Virus record (IMG/VR): IMGVR_UViG_3300010345_001206
Source of the DNA: a virus
Direction: 5' to 3' (one strand)
Length of the DNA: 33,362 nucleotides
Each line of letters opens with the position of its first letter. Positions within the stretch are counted from its first letter, which is position 1. Both the position numbers and the translations under genes were made by a program. Under the pieces are notes generated by a model that was given only the letters and a program-made list of their open reading frames with translations, made no database searches and was not told the origin of the DNA. This document shows, piece by piece, positions 8,068 to 15,395 of the stretch.

Positions 8068-9114
8068 ATGGAAGACAAATTTATTTGTAAAGAATGCGGG
8101 GAAAAGTTTAATTGTCCCGAAAATTTAGGAAAACATGTAATATCTCATGGATTATCTAATAAAGAATATTATGATAGATGGTTAAAAAAAGAGGGGGAGG
8201 GGGTTTGTTCTATCTGCGGAACAAATACTCCGTTTGTTCATATGGGGAAAGGATATAGAAGATATTGCTCTAAAAAATGTTCAGCTATTGGTGTGGGTAT
8301 TAAAAATAAAAAAGGATTTAAAATAAAAAGAGAAAAAATTAAAGAATCTTATGAATTTGAATGTCAAGAATGTCATGAAAAATTCAAAACATCCACAAAA
8401 TTAAATAATCATATTACTAAGATTCATGGGTTAAAATATTATTATGATAAGTGGTTAAAAAAAGAAGATGAAGAAATTTGTAAAATCTGTGGAAAACTAA
8501 CAGAATTTTATAATAGAATAGATTTAGGCTATAGAAAATGTTGTTCCAAGGAATGTGCTAAAAAATATCAATTAAATCAGAGATCCAAGACTAATTTAAT
8601 AAAATACGGGGTTGAAAATGTTTTTCAATCAAAAGAAATTCAACAAAAAATTAAGGATAGCTGTTTAGAAAAATATGGTGTTGAAAATAATATGCAATCC
8701 GAATTAGGAAGATCCGAGTTTAAATCTTCCATGAATAAAAAATATGGTGTAGATTGGCCTACACAAAATAAGGAATCCCTAGAAAAAGGTCAAAAATCTG
8801 CAAGGAAAATGAAAAGGTTTAGAAATACGGATTTATGGTATCAGGGAACTTATGAATTAGATTTTTTGGAAAGATATTATGATAAATATCGAGATATTCA
8901 GAGAGGGCCTTCAATTAAATATGAACATAAAGGAAATAGTAAAATTTATCATCCGGATTTTTATATCCCTTCTTTAAATCTAATCATTGAGATAAAAAGC
9001 AGTTGGATATTAAAAAGGGATATAGAATATAGCGAAAAGAAAAAAGCCACTATTTCTAGTGGCTTTAAGTATCTTATGATACTGGATAAGAATTATCCAT
9101 TAGCTATACCATAA
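8068..9114 (+). mobile_element. Free-standing homing-endonuclease-like gene: duplicated zinc-finger module, KYGVEN repeats, C-terminal PD-(D/E)xK nuclease
   Basis: Two copies of C2H2 + CxxC..CSxxC module; KYGVENVFQS/KYGVENNMQS/KYGVDW repeats; QGTYE..YHPDFYIP..IIEIKS nuclease motif. The only credible plus-strand gene. Confidence 0.75.
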
Positions 9115-9815
9115 TTTATTAAAATATTATACGATAATACAAAATTTTCTATTTCCTCCATTGTTATATTTTTCTTTGGCTTGTGCTTAATCTTATTTAA
9201 AAATTGTCGGGATTTATTTAGCTTGTTTTTTTCTTCCGCGGTCATTTGTTTAAAATTCATTAATTCACTTAAGACTGTTTCAAATTCAATATTATGACCT
9301 TTATTTTTAATCAAATTATAATTATTGGCTATCATTCTAATGGACCCCTCAAAAGCTGCTAAGTGACAATATATGTTAAACATATATAAATCCCCCAACT
9401 TTAAATTTTTTTCGTCCTTATCTATAATACTACCGTATTCATTATAACATTCTTTTAAAAATTTTTTCACTGCGGGGGTAATTGCAGTTCTTACTGCAAA
9501 ATCGCAATCATTGTTTTTTTGGAGAAATGGAGTATCCAAAGAATTTTTTATTTCTAGAGAATCTAAATCTATCGAAAGTAAAGGACTTTGAGAAATATTC
9601 CCCATTAATTTGTAAAATTCATCATAATCTCCATGTCTAATTGCAGCAAATTCTTTAGAAAATTTTCTAATGGGTTTATTTCTCATTACCATTAGCATAT
9701 ATCCTATAGTATAATTTACCCAATAGCATCTATCGTCATAAGGAAGATCCCAATACCCTCTAGCAAAAGACCCGTTTGGCCCGATTTTTCCTAATATTTC
9801 GTTTAAGTTTGTCAT
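9093..9815 (-). CDS. Hypothetical protein, possibly with a degenerate HEPN-like C-terminal domain
   Basis: 240-aa ORF. C-terminal helical region AAFEGSIR...LNKSRQFLNKIKH. Confidence 0.6.
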   Translation of the reverse strand: MTNLNEILGKIGPNGSFARGYWDLPYDDRCYWVNYTIGYMLMVMRNKPIRKFSKEFAAIRHGDYDEFYKLMGNISQSPLLSIDLDSLEIKNSLDTPFLQKNNDCDFAVRTAITPAVKKFLKECYNEYGSIIDKDEKNLKLGDLYMFNIYCHLAAFEGSIRMIANNYNLIKNKGHNIEFETVLSELMNFKQMTAEEKNKLNKSRQFLNKIKHKPKKNITMEEIENFVLSYNILINYGIANG

Positions 9816-9851
9816 AGTAACTTATACTATTTAAATTTGTAAAGTTTTGTT

Positions 9852-9875
9852 AAAAAATAAGGGGCCGAAACCCCC
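9852..9875 (-). terminator. Rho-independent terminator with UUCG loop
   Basis: Minus strand GGGGGT-TTCG-GCCCC followed by TTATTTTTT. Confidence 0.85.
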
Positions 9876-9876
9876 T

Positions 9877-9890
9877 AATATAACCTTGTG
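9877..9890. repeat. Left arm of a perfect 14-bp inverted repeat (AATATAACCTTGTG)
   Basis: Exact reverse complement of 10828-10841. Confidence 0.9.
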
Positions 9891-9902
9891 TTTAAAAATT
9901 AA

Positions 9903-10742
9903 TTATTCATATTTGGTGCCGCAGATTGGGCAAAATTTATGTGTGTTTCTTTTTTGTTTAGCTCCACATTTTGTGCAAAAGACCTTAACATCTTTACTCA
10001 TAAGGGGCTTTTGAGATTCAGGAAGAATCTGCCAGCTTGTTCTCCATGTATACCAAGTATTAAAATTGGTATTATCATAGACGAATGATTGATTAGAATC
10101 CGATCCCCTTTCAATCCTGCCTGTTTCCTTAAACTCCTTAGGTGGTTCAGGGGCTTTAAATTCCCCTGCATTGTCAGCACAGCAATAACTTAAATTTTGT
10201 AAATCAGCATTATGAGAGCCGATTTTTAAATCTGCATTAACCCCAGAAGTTAAAGTGTGAGCTACCCCCTTTGTATTGGAGGTTGATGTGTAAAAAATAT
10301 GAGGCTGTTGCCATACATTTGGATTTTGATACCAATCCGAACTACCATAAGTTACAGTCCATCCACTTACGTTTTTGAATTCTTCATGGAATTCTACTGA
10401 TACAAGTCCATTTTGGCGAATAGCAGCTTCTACGTTGGGATTTCCCGTTTCAACCTCATAAGTTTCGAATTTGAATCTTTTAGCTTCATCAAGGTATCTT
10501 TCCAGAAAAACTCTTTCGCCTGGTCTCAAAATGATACCGGAGCCTAGATTCTTTCCATTAAGACTGATTTTTGCTAAAACTTTTTCGGAAGTTGGATTAA
10601 AGAGTTCTATTTCAAACTCGTCTCCATTTTTTAGATAAACAGAGCCATTTCCATGACCGCTGAACTGTTTTACTCGTTGTCTACCTTTGGTGACAAATGC
10701 TGTGGGAACAGTAACCCTTTGGGTGTAGTAATTTACTGTCAT
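9903..10742 (-). CDS. Conserved-looking hypothetical protein: beta-rich N-terminal domain and C-terminal double zinc ribbon
   Basis: FEIELFNPT..ISLNGK..LRPGERVFLER..NGLVSVEFHEE; C-terminal FCTKCG..FCPICG. Confidence 0.85.
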   Translation of the reverse strand: MTVNYYTQRVTVPTAFVTKGRQRVKQFSGHGNGSVYLKNGDEFEIELFNPTSEKVLAKISLNGKNLGSGIILRPGERVFLERYLDEAKRFKFETYEVETGNPNVEAAIRQNGLVSVEFHEEFKNVSGWTVTYGSSDWYQNPNVWQQPHIFYTSTSNTKGVAHTLTSGVNADLKIGSHNADLQNLSYCCADNAGEFKAPEPPKEFKETGRIERGSDSNQSFVYDNTNFNTWYTWRTSWQILPESQKPLMSKDVKVFCTKCGAKQKRNTHKFCPICGTKYE

Positions 10743-10763
10743 ACCTTACGTTATTTTAGTATA

Positions 10764-10825
10764 TGAGTGTTTATTTGTTGGCCTTTCCTCCAACTCTAAT
10801 GTCCAAAATAGACACTAAACCCTCA
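10764..10825 (-). ncRNA. Predicted structured 5' leader (three-way junction)
   Basis: P1 TGAGGGTTTA/TAAACACTCA (9 of 10 pairs), P2 GTGTCTA-TTT-TGGACAT, P3 GTTGG-AGGAAAGG-CCAAC. Folded by hand only. Confidence 0.5.
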
Positions 10826-10827
10826 AT

Positions 10828-10841
10828 CACAAGGTTATATT
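10828..10841. repeat. Right arm of a perfect 14-bp inverted repeat (CACAAGGTTATATT)
   Basis: Exact reverse complement of 9877-9890. Confidence 0.9.
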
Positions 10842-10843
10842 TT

Positions 10844-10851
10844 TATATATC
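10844..10851 (-). promoter_or_regulatory. Late-promoter-like GATATATA just outside the right inverted repeat
   Basis: Variant of the NATAAATA motif. GATATATA also occurs on the plus strand at 8030-8037, upstream of the endonuclease. Confidence 0.4.
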
Positions 10852-10871
10852 TCCAAAGTAAAAAAGTTTTG

Positions 10872-11156
10872 CTATTTTATCATATCTTTTTTGAAATTGA
10901 TAAAGAAAAAGTTTTTTGTAATAAAACCATTTTCTACTTTTACTAGGAAAACAATTTCATAATTTGGAGTTAATTTTTTTTCGCAAAAATGGGTATAAAG
11001 AATATTATGAAGTCTCTGAAGTTCTGAGTCAATAACAATATCTCCTTCAATATACATTTCATGGCCGCATGAACATGTAGTATTGAACCCATTATCCCTA
11101 AGAAGCTTTACAATATCCCGAATGGGTTCCTCTATATTTTCTTCATACCAATTCAT
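10872..11156 (-). CDS. Hypothetical protein (NGFNTTCSCGH motif)
   Basis: ATG at 11156 preferred over the TTG at 11174; closely packed with neighbours. Confidence 0.7.
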   Translation of the reverse strand: MNWYEENIEEPIRDIVKLLRDNGFNTTCSCGHEMYIEGDIVIDSELQRLHNILYTHFCEKKLTPNYEIVFLVKVENGFITKNFFFINFKKDMIK

Positions 11157-11427
11157 CCAGATTCCTTCTAACAAAGTTTTCAGCTATCCTGGGTCCAAGA
11201 GTATTATGGCACATATCTTTTGCTTCTATATAAGGAAGGAAGCATCGTTTACCATTTATCTCTAAAACAATACCCTGATTTGCCATAGGATCAAATCCCA
11301 TTGAAGGAAACATTGATGGGGGAGGAGGCAAAATTATTCTTTCAGCTTTTTGTACTCCCTCAACGTCTCTTATTTTATAAAGAGCTATTGCAACGACGTT
11401 TTCGTCTATTTCTTCAAAACTAAACAT
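11143..11427 (-). CDS. Hypothetical protein
   Basis: 94-aa ORF in operon-like packing. Confidence 0.65.
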   Translation of the reverse strand: MFSFEEIDENVVAIALYKIRDVEGVQKAERIILPPPPSMFPSMGFDPMANQGIVLEINGKRCFLPYIEAKDMCHNTLGPRIAENFVRRNLDELV

Positions 11428-11430
11428 TTA

Positions 11431-11754
11431 TTATTCTTTATTTTTTTGGAGATCCTTAAACATTGTTCCGCAATCTTGGCAAGTATAATAAGCATCCTCT
11501 ATCCAGGATCTATATCCTGGGCCTATAATTCCATTACTATCTCGTCTTTCGAAATATTTTTTATTTTTGGATTTACAGGAAGGGCATTTTAAATCGGCAA
11601 TTCTTCTTTCCTCTTTTTCCCGAGCTTTTTGTTCCTCTTCCCTTTTCCTTTTTTCAGCTTCCTTCATGCTTCGATGAATTTCCTCCCAATCAACATTTTT
11701 AGTGATTATTCCTCGTTCTCGGAGTTGTTCTTCGGCGGATTTGATTTTTCCCAT
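11431..11754 (-). CDS. Zinc-ribbon protein with N-terminal charged helix
   Basis: CPSC...YTCQDCG. Confidence 0.7.
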   Translation of the reverse strand: MGKIKSAEEQLRERGIITKNVDWEEIHRSMKEAEKRKREEEQKAREKEERRIADLKCPSCKSKNKKYFERRDSNGIIGPGYRSWIEDAYYTCQDCGTMFKDLQKNKE

Positions 11755-11861
11755 TCTTCTTTTCTTTTAGATTCTTCTTCAGGATCAAAATAGAGCCAAC
11801 CCCCAAATTGATCTAATTCTTCATCTCTGAATTCCGGTTTTTTTGCAATTGCTTTTCTCAT
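11706..11861 (-). CDS. Possible 51-aa hypothetical protein
   Basis: ATGA overlap with the stop of 11858-12316; reads MRKAIAKKPEFRDEELDQFGGWLYFDPEEE; fills the gap. Confidence 0.4.
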   Translation of the reverse strand: MRKAIAKKPEFRDEELDQFGGWLYFDPEEESKRKEEWEKSNPPKNNSENEE

Positions 11862-12316
11862 TTTAAACTATTTAAAATTTGAACTGATAAATCTTCCAAT
11901 GAATAAGCTATTTCTATTTCAGGTCTAGCTAATTTAGTTTGGATAAGAACATCCTGCTGTCTTTCATATTTTTCATCCATGCCAACAAATAAAGCTCGGT
12001 GGCTTGAGTTTCCCCACATTCCAAGTTCATAAAGAACTATGGGATTTAATGAACCACGAGAAAACCAGAAGACAAGAATATCAACATCCTTAAGATTATT
12101 ATATTCCCAAGTTATCTGTTCTTCAGCCGCATTTGGATCGTGGATAGGAAAGTTTGCTCTCCTCGGATTATACATAACTAAATCTGGGGTATCCTTCAAT
12201 AGTTCAATTAGTTCTTTCTGCCAATCTGGACAATTGGTTATACCGCCACCAAGAAAAAGAGACATTTCATTTTCTTTAGGGGTATAGAGTTTTGGTGCTT
12301 CTATTATTTTTGCCAT
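11858..12316 (-). CDS. Nucleoside 2-deoxyribosyltransferase-like protein (Nuc_deoxyri_tr2 type)
   Basis: LFLGGGI..DWQ..NPRR..QITWE..L..VDILVFWF..PIVLYELG. Confidence 0.85.
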   Translation of the reverse strand: MAKIIEAPKLYTPKENEMSLFLGGGITNCPDWQKELIELLKDTPDLVMYNPRRANFPIHDPNAAEEQITWEYNNLKDVDILVFWFSRGSLNPIVLYELGMWGNSSHRALFVGMDEKYERQQDVLIQTKLARPEIEIAYSLEDLSVQILNSLK

Positions 12317-12317
12317 A

Positions 12318-12512
12318 TTATAAAGATATTCCGGTATCTGAATTAGACAGACAAATATTTATCCAACGGGGAAATAATAAACCATGGGATAAAAATATTT
12401 GTCTAATTGTTATTTTTTCCATCCAAACCCAATATCCATTGAATCTCATTGGATACCATGCAAACGTTGAATGATAGCGATAATCTCCGTCTTTCGGAGT
12501 TTCTTTTTTCAT
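12318..12512 (-). CDS. Small aromatic-rich hypothetical protein
   Basis: 64-aa ORF, FAWYPMRFNGYWVWME. Confidence 0.6.
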   Translation of the reverse strand: MKKETPKDGDYRYHSTFAWYPMRFNGYWVWMEKITIRQIFLSHGLLFPRWINICLSNSDTGISL

Positions 12513-12515
12513 AAT

Positions 12516-12782
12516 TTACCAATCTAAGGTTTTCGAATCAATGCAAGCCATTCCAAAATTGCATGCAACTGATATATCTAATAATTCTTGTTTAATTTTT
12601 TCTTTATCCCCTTCTTTTATAGCTTCAATAAGTTCCTGATACTCTTCAGCTACTACTCCAAGAATTTCATGAGTTGAAGATAAGGAATGCCATCCCTTTT
12701 GATTTAACCTATAAATAATTTTATTATAAGTTTCTTCAGTGCTTTTTTTAATAGCCGGTTCTGTGATATTATTTCTTTTCAT
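12516..12782 (-). CDS. MazG-like all-alpha NTP pyrophosphohydrolase
   Basis: VAEEYQEL..IKQELLDISVAC gives the ExxE..ExxD metal-binding pattern. Confidence 0.7.
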   Translation of the reverse strand: MKRNNITEPAIKKSTEETYNKIIYRLNQKGWHSLSSTHEILGVVAEEYQELIEAIKEGDKEKIKQELLDISVACNFGMACIDSKTLDW

Positions 12783-12869
12783 TATTTTTCTTTTTTCGAA
12801 TATTTCTTATCGCCTCCCTTGCCTTAGCAAATTGTTCAGGGGAAATCTTTGGAAAATTTTTACTGCCTT

Positions 12870-13256
12870 TCATTTTTTATTCCTTATCATTTTATCTTCA
12901 TAAATAACAGCCCATGCACGATTCTTATAGAATTCAAATGGCTGATCCTCATTTTCGAATCTAGCATCCATTTCATAAAGGATATACAGGGGTTCTTTCA
13001 GAGATTTTGCAACATCCATCAAATTAAAAGTATCCAAATCCAGATCCAAATCCCCAAACCACACTTTTCCCCGGGATTCGGTAACTATATTTGCATTGAA
13101 TATAACAAAATGATCCGGAAATCTGTCTCTATATCCACTTTTAGATCCAGAAATCATCCTCCCCATTACAAATCCATGGGATGCAAATAATTTGTAAATA
13201 TCCCCATCAGATCTAAATTCCGTAGGAAACTGATAATAAGAATTTTGAACGTCCAT
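12870..13256 (-). CDS. Hypothetical protein
   Basis: 128-aa ORF whose start overlaps the gp47 stop. Confidence 0.75.
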   Translation of the reverse strand: MDVQNSYYQFPTEFRSDGDIYKLFASHGFVMGRMISGSKSGYRDRFPDHFVIFNANIVTESRGKVWFGDLDLDLDTFNLMDVAKSLKEPLYILYEMDARFENEDQPFEFYKNRAWAVIYEDKMIRNKK

Positions 13257-14380
13257 TATATTATATCAATTAATTCTTCATCCTTAGACGCCTTGTCATA
13301 ATACTCTTTATTTAAGAGTTTTAATTTAACTAAGAATTCCATTTGATGACCTAAATCATCGATAGCATTTTCCAGAAGAGATATTATATCTTTTATCTCT
13401 TCGCCATCCATTAATTCCCCGAATGTATCTTCGAGTTTCTTCTTTTCGCCAACTGTCTCAACCTTCTTATACGCACAGCCCTCTAAAAGTTCTGTAAAAC
13501 GCGTTAAATTAAATAAATGAATGTATTTATCGGGAACAATTATATCAGTGTAATTATTTTCAAGTATCTTATGAGCTCTTTCTAAGGTCCATTCCATAAG
13601 ATCTTCTAACATGATTCTTTGGAATATTGGGGAGAATTTATTTTGGATAAAGTCTATTTTATTCTTTTCTGGAAAGAAAATATAATATCCTTTCTTATTC
13701 CCAATGTCACTTCTTTTAGTTGAATATGGGGATCCTAAATAAATAGCATCTTTAAGTTCCTGTCTTTTATGAACGTGCCCGGAAATAACCTTTTTAATTC
13801 CTTTTACGCCTCTTAATTTTGCCCCTCTAACAATTTGTCGTCCATTATCATATTTTAATCCCATAATATCGGCATGGGCAAATACATAATCGCATGGATT
13901 AGCTTTTGCGTACATTTCTTCTTTTTCAGGGTTTCCAACCCATGGAAGAACAAGGATTTTGCTTTTTCCGTTAGTAATTATTTGAGGGGTTTCATAAATA
14001 GTTACATTTGGGATAAAACGAAATGCAGCTAATGAGTTTACGTCAGTATCGTGTTTCTTATAGATGTCGTGATTTCCAGTAAGAAAATAAGTAGGAATAA
14101 TATCCGCAAGATCAAAAATAAGATCTATGGATTTATTCATAACATTAATATCCAATAATTGCCTATTATCAAACCAATCACCCAGGATGAAAAGAATGTC
14201 CCCTTTTTTCTTATTTTCTTTAAGATAAGGAATATAGATCTTATAGAAAAAATCTAATTGATTTTGTAGCCACTCAAGAGAATTCGCCCTAACGCCAAAG
14301 TGAAGGTCTGAGATAAGAAAAATATTGTTGTAGTTTATGTGTTCTGTTTGAACTTCGTATTCAAATAATTCAACATCCAT
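13256..14380 (-). CDS. gp47: Recombination endonuclease nuclease subunit (gp47/SbcD/Mre11-like)
   Basis: Calcineurin-like motifs SDLHFG, LGDWFD, GNHD, FAHAD, SGHVH, GSP. Confidence 0.92.
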   Translation of the reverse strand: MDVELFEYEVQTEHINYNNIFLISDLHFGVRANSLEWLQNQLDFFYKIYIPYLKENKKKGDILFILGDWFDNRQLLDINVMNKSIDLIFDLADIIPTYFLTGNHDIYKKHDTDVNSLAAFRFIPNVTIYETPQIITNGKSKILVLPWVGNPEKEEMYAKANPCDYVFAHADIMGLKYDNGRQIVRGAKLRGVKGIKKVISGHVHKRQELKDAIYLGSPYSTKRSDIGNKKGYYIFFPEKNKIDFIQNKFSPIFQRIMLEDLMEWTLERAHKILENNYTDIIVPDKYIHLFNLTRFTELLEGCAYKKVETVGEKKKLEDTFGELMDGEEIKDIISLLENAIDDLGHQMEFLVKLKLLNKEYYDKASKDEELIDII

Positions 14381-14420
14381 AATATCTTCTTAAACATTTT
14401 TTTGTAAACATTATAGAATG

Positions 14421-14446
14421 AAAAAGGCCAAGAGTTTTTCTCGGCC
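14421..14446 (-). terminator. Rho-independent terminator
   Basis: Minus strand GGCCGAGA-AAAAC-TCTTGGCC followed by TTTTT, immediately after the stop at 14447. Confidence 0.8.
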
Positions 14447-14866
14447 TTATTTTCCTAGAGCAAATTTTTTACGCCATTCAGTATATCTTTTTCGACCTTT
14501 TTCATAAAGATCGTAAAGTTCCTGATATGTTACTTCAACAGTTTCGGCATCCTGTAAATTGAGCAAATATTTATTCCCCTGTTTTTCAACGGATTCAATT
14601 TCAAAGGAATCCCCCTCATCCTGTAATTTATTGAAATCTATCCCTAACTTAAAAGAGATTAATTCATCCATATCGCAAGGATCAATCTCTAATTCCTCAA
14701 TAGTTTCCCAGTCATCTTCCCCTGTCATTATACGGGTTACAAGCTTGTAACCCCCGGTCATTATTTCCAGGTCTGTTTCTTCTGGCATGGATTCTTCATT
14801 CCAAGGAGCTCGATGGTCATATTCTGCTCCCGGAGGATAATTTTCAAGGATTTTCTTAGCTCTCAT
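14447..14866 (-). CDS. Acidic hypothetical protein with MRAKKILEN leader, candidate internal virion protein
   Basis: MRAKKILENYPPGAEYDHRAPWNE; AATAAATA at 14871-14878; has its own terminator. Confidence 0.75.
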   Translation of the reverse strand: MRAKKILENYPPGAEYDHRAPWNEESMPEETDLEIMTGGYKLVTRIMTGEDDWETIEELEIDPCDMDELISFKLGIDFNKLQDEGDSFEIESVEKQGNKYLLNLQDAETVEVTYQELYDLYEKGRKRYTEWRKKFALGK

Positions 14867-14878
14867 ACTTTATTTATT

Positions 14879-15364
14879 TTAGAAGAGCTTTCTGGTTTTA
14901 ATCCTGTTTTTAACCTTTCCCTTTTCGGATAATTCTTTAAGAAGACTTTCCTTATCCAATACACCTATCTCTGCATATAATTGATCGTAATTTATTTGAA
15001 AGAATTCTGCAAAGCTAACAAATATTTGCATTCCAGAATAACTTTTCTTTTTAGCCAATTCCTCTTTGAAATAATAATACATCTTAGACATATCTCCTTT
15101 ATCAACTCTTTTCGGGTTCTTATATTTTTGATAGAACGGGGATTTTTGAAAGAGCTCATAAAGATCTTCATCTAAAGCTTTTTCTGTTCTAAAATCAATA
15201 ATATTATCCGAAAGCTGATCATCATACAAAGAGGCAACCCGGTCATCAATTTTCATCGGAGCAGTAAATGCCTCATAGTCAATCTCCCCTGTATTATAAG
15301 AGTTGTTGACAATTTTATCTTCTTTCATAGGTGTAAAATCTTCGTCTTCGTGAAACATATTCAA
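14879..15364 (-). CDS. Probable gp33-like late-transcription co-activator
   Basis: C-terminal half aligns by eye with T4 gp33 as recalled (SF-AE..QI..QL..EI..ESL..E). Ends in KTRKLF, similar to the polymerase end AKSLF (clamp-binding-like). Confidence 0.4.
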   Translation of the reverse strand: MNMFHEDEDFTPMKEDKIVNNSYNTGEIDYEAFTAPMKIDDRVASLYDDQLSDNIIDFRTEKALDEDLYELFQKSPFYQKYKNPKRVDKGDMSKMYYYFKEELAKKKSYSGMQIFVSFAEFFQINYDQLYAEIGVLDKESLLKELSEKGKVKNRIKTRKLF

Positions 15365-15395
15365 AATTAAATTACTAGGGGAGAATGATTATTAT

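Noticed and set aside
10764-10825. Leader RNA as a hammerhead ribozyme or known riboswitch
   Set aside because: It has a three-stem junction and a GAAA, but no CUGANGA core at a junction, and no riboswitch consensus that I recognise.
9877-10841. Inverted-repeat-flanked unit as an IS element or transposon
   Set aside because: The enclosed protein has no recognisable DDE, HUH or recombinase motifs and no target-site duplication flanks the arms. It is kept only as an inversion or RNA-pairing candidate.
12767-12873. 34-aa basic micro-ORF (MKGSKNFPKISPEQF...) between the MazG-like gene and 12870-13256
   Set aside because: It fills the gap plausibly but is too short and featureless to support as a gene.
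14871-14878. AATAAATA boxes as proof of late transcription in every case
   Set aside because: The motif is AT-rich in an AT-rich genome, this copy is only 4 nt from the ATG, and another precedes 22136, which also has a host-type promoter. Used only as supporting evidence.
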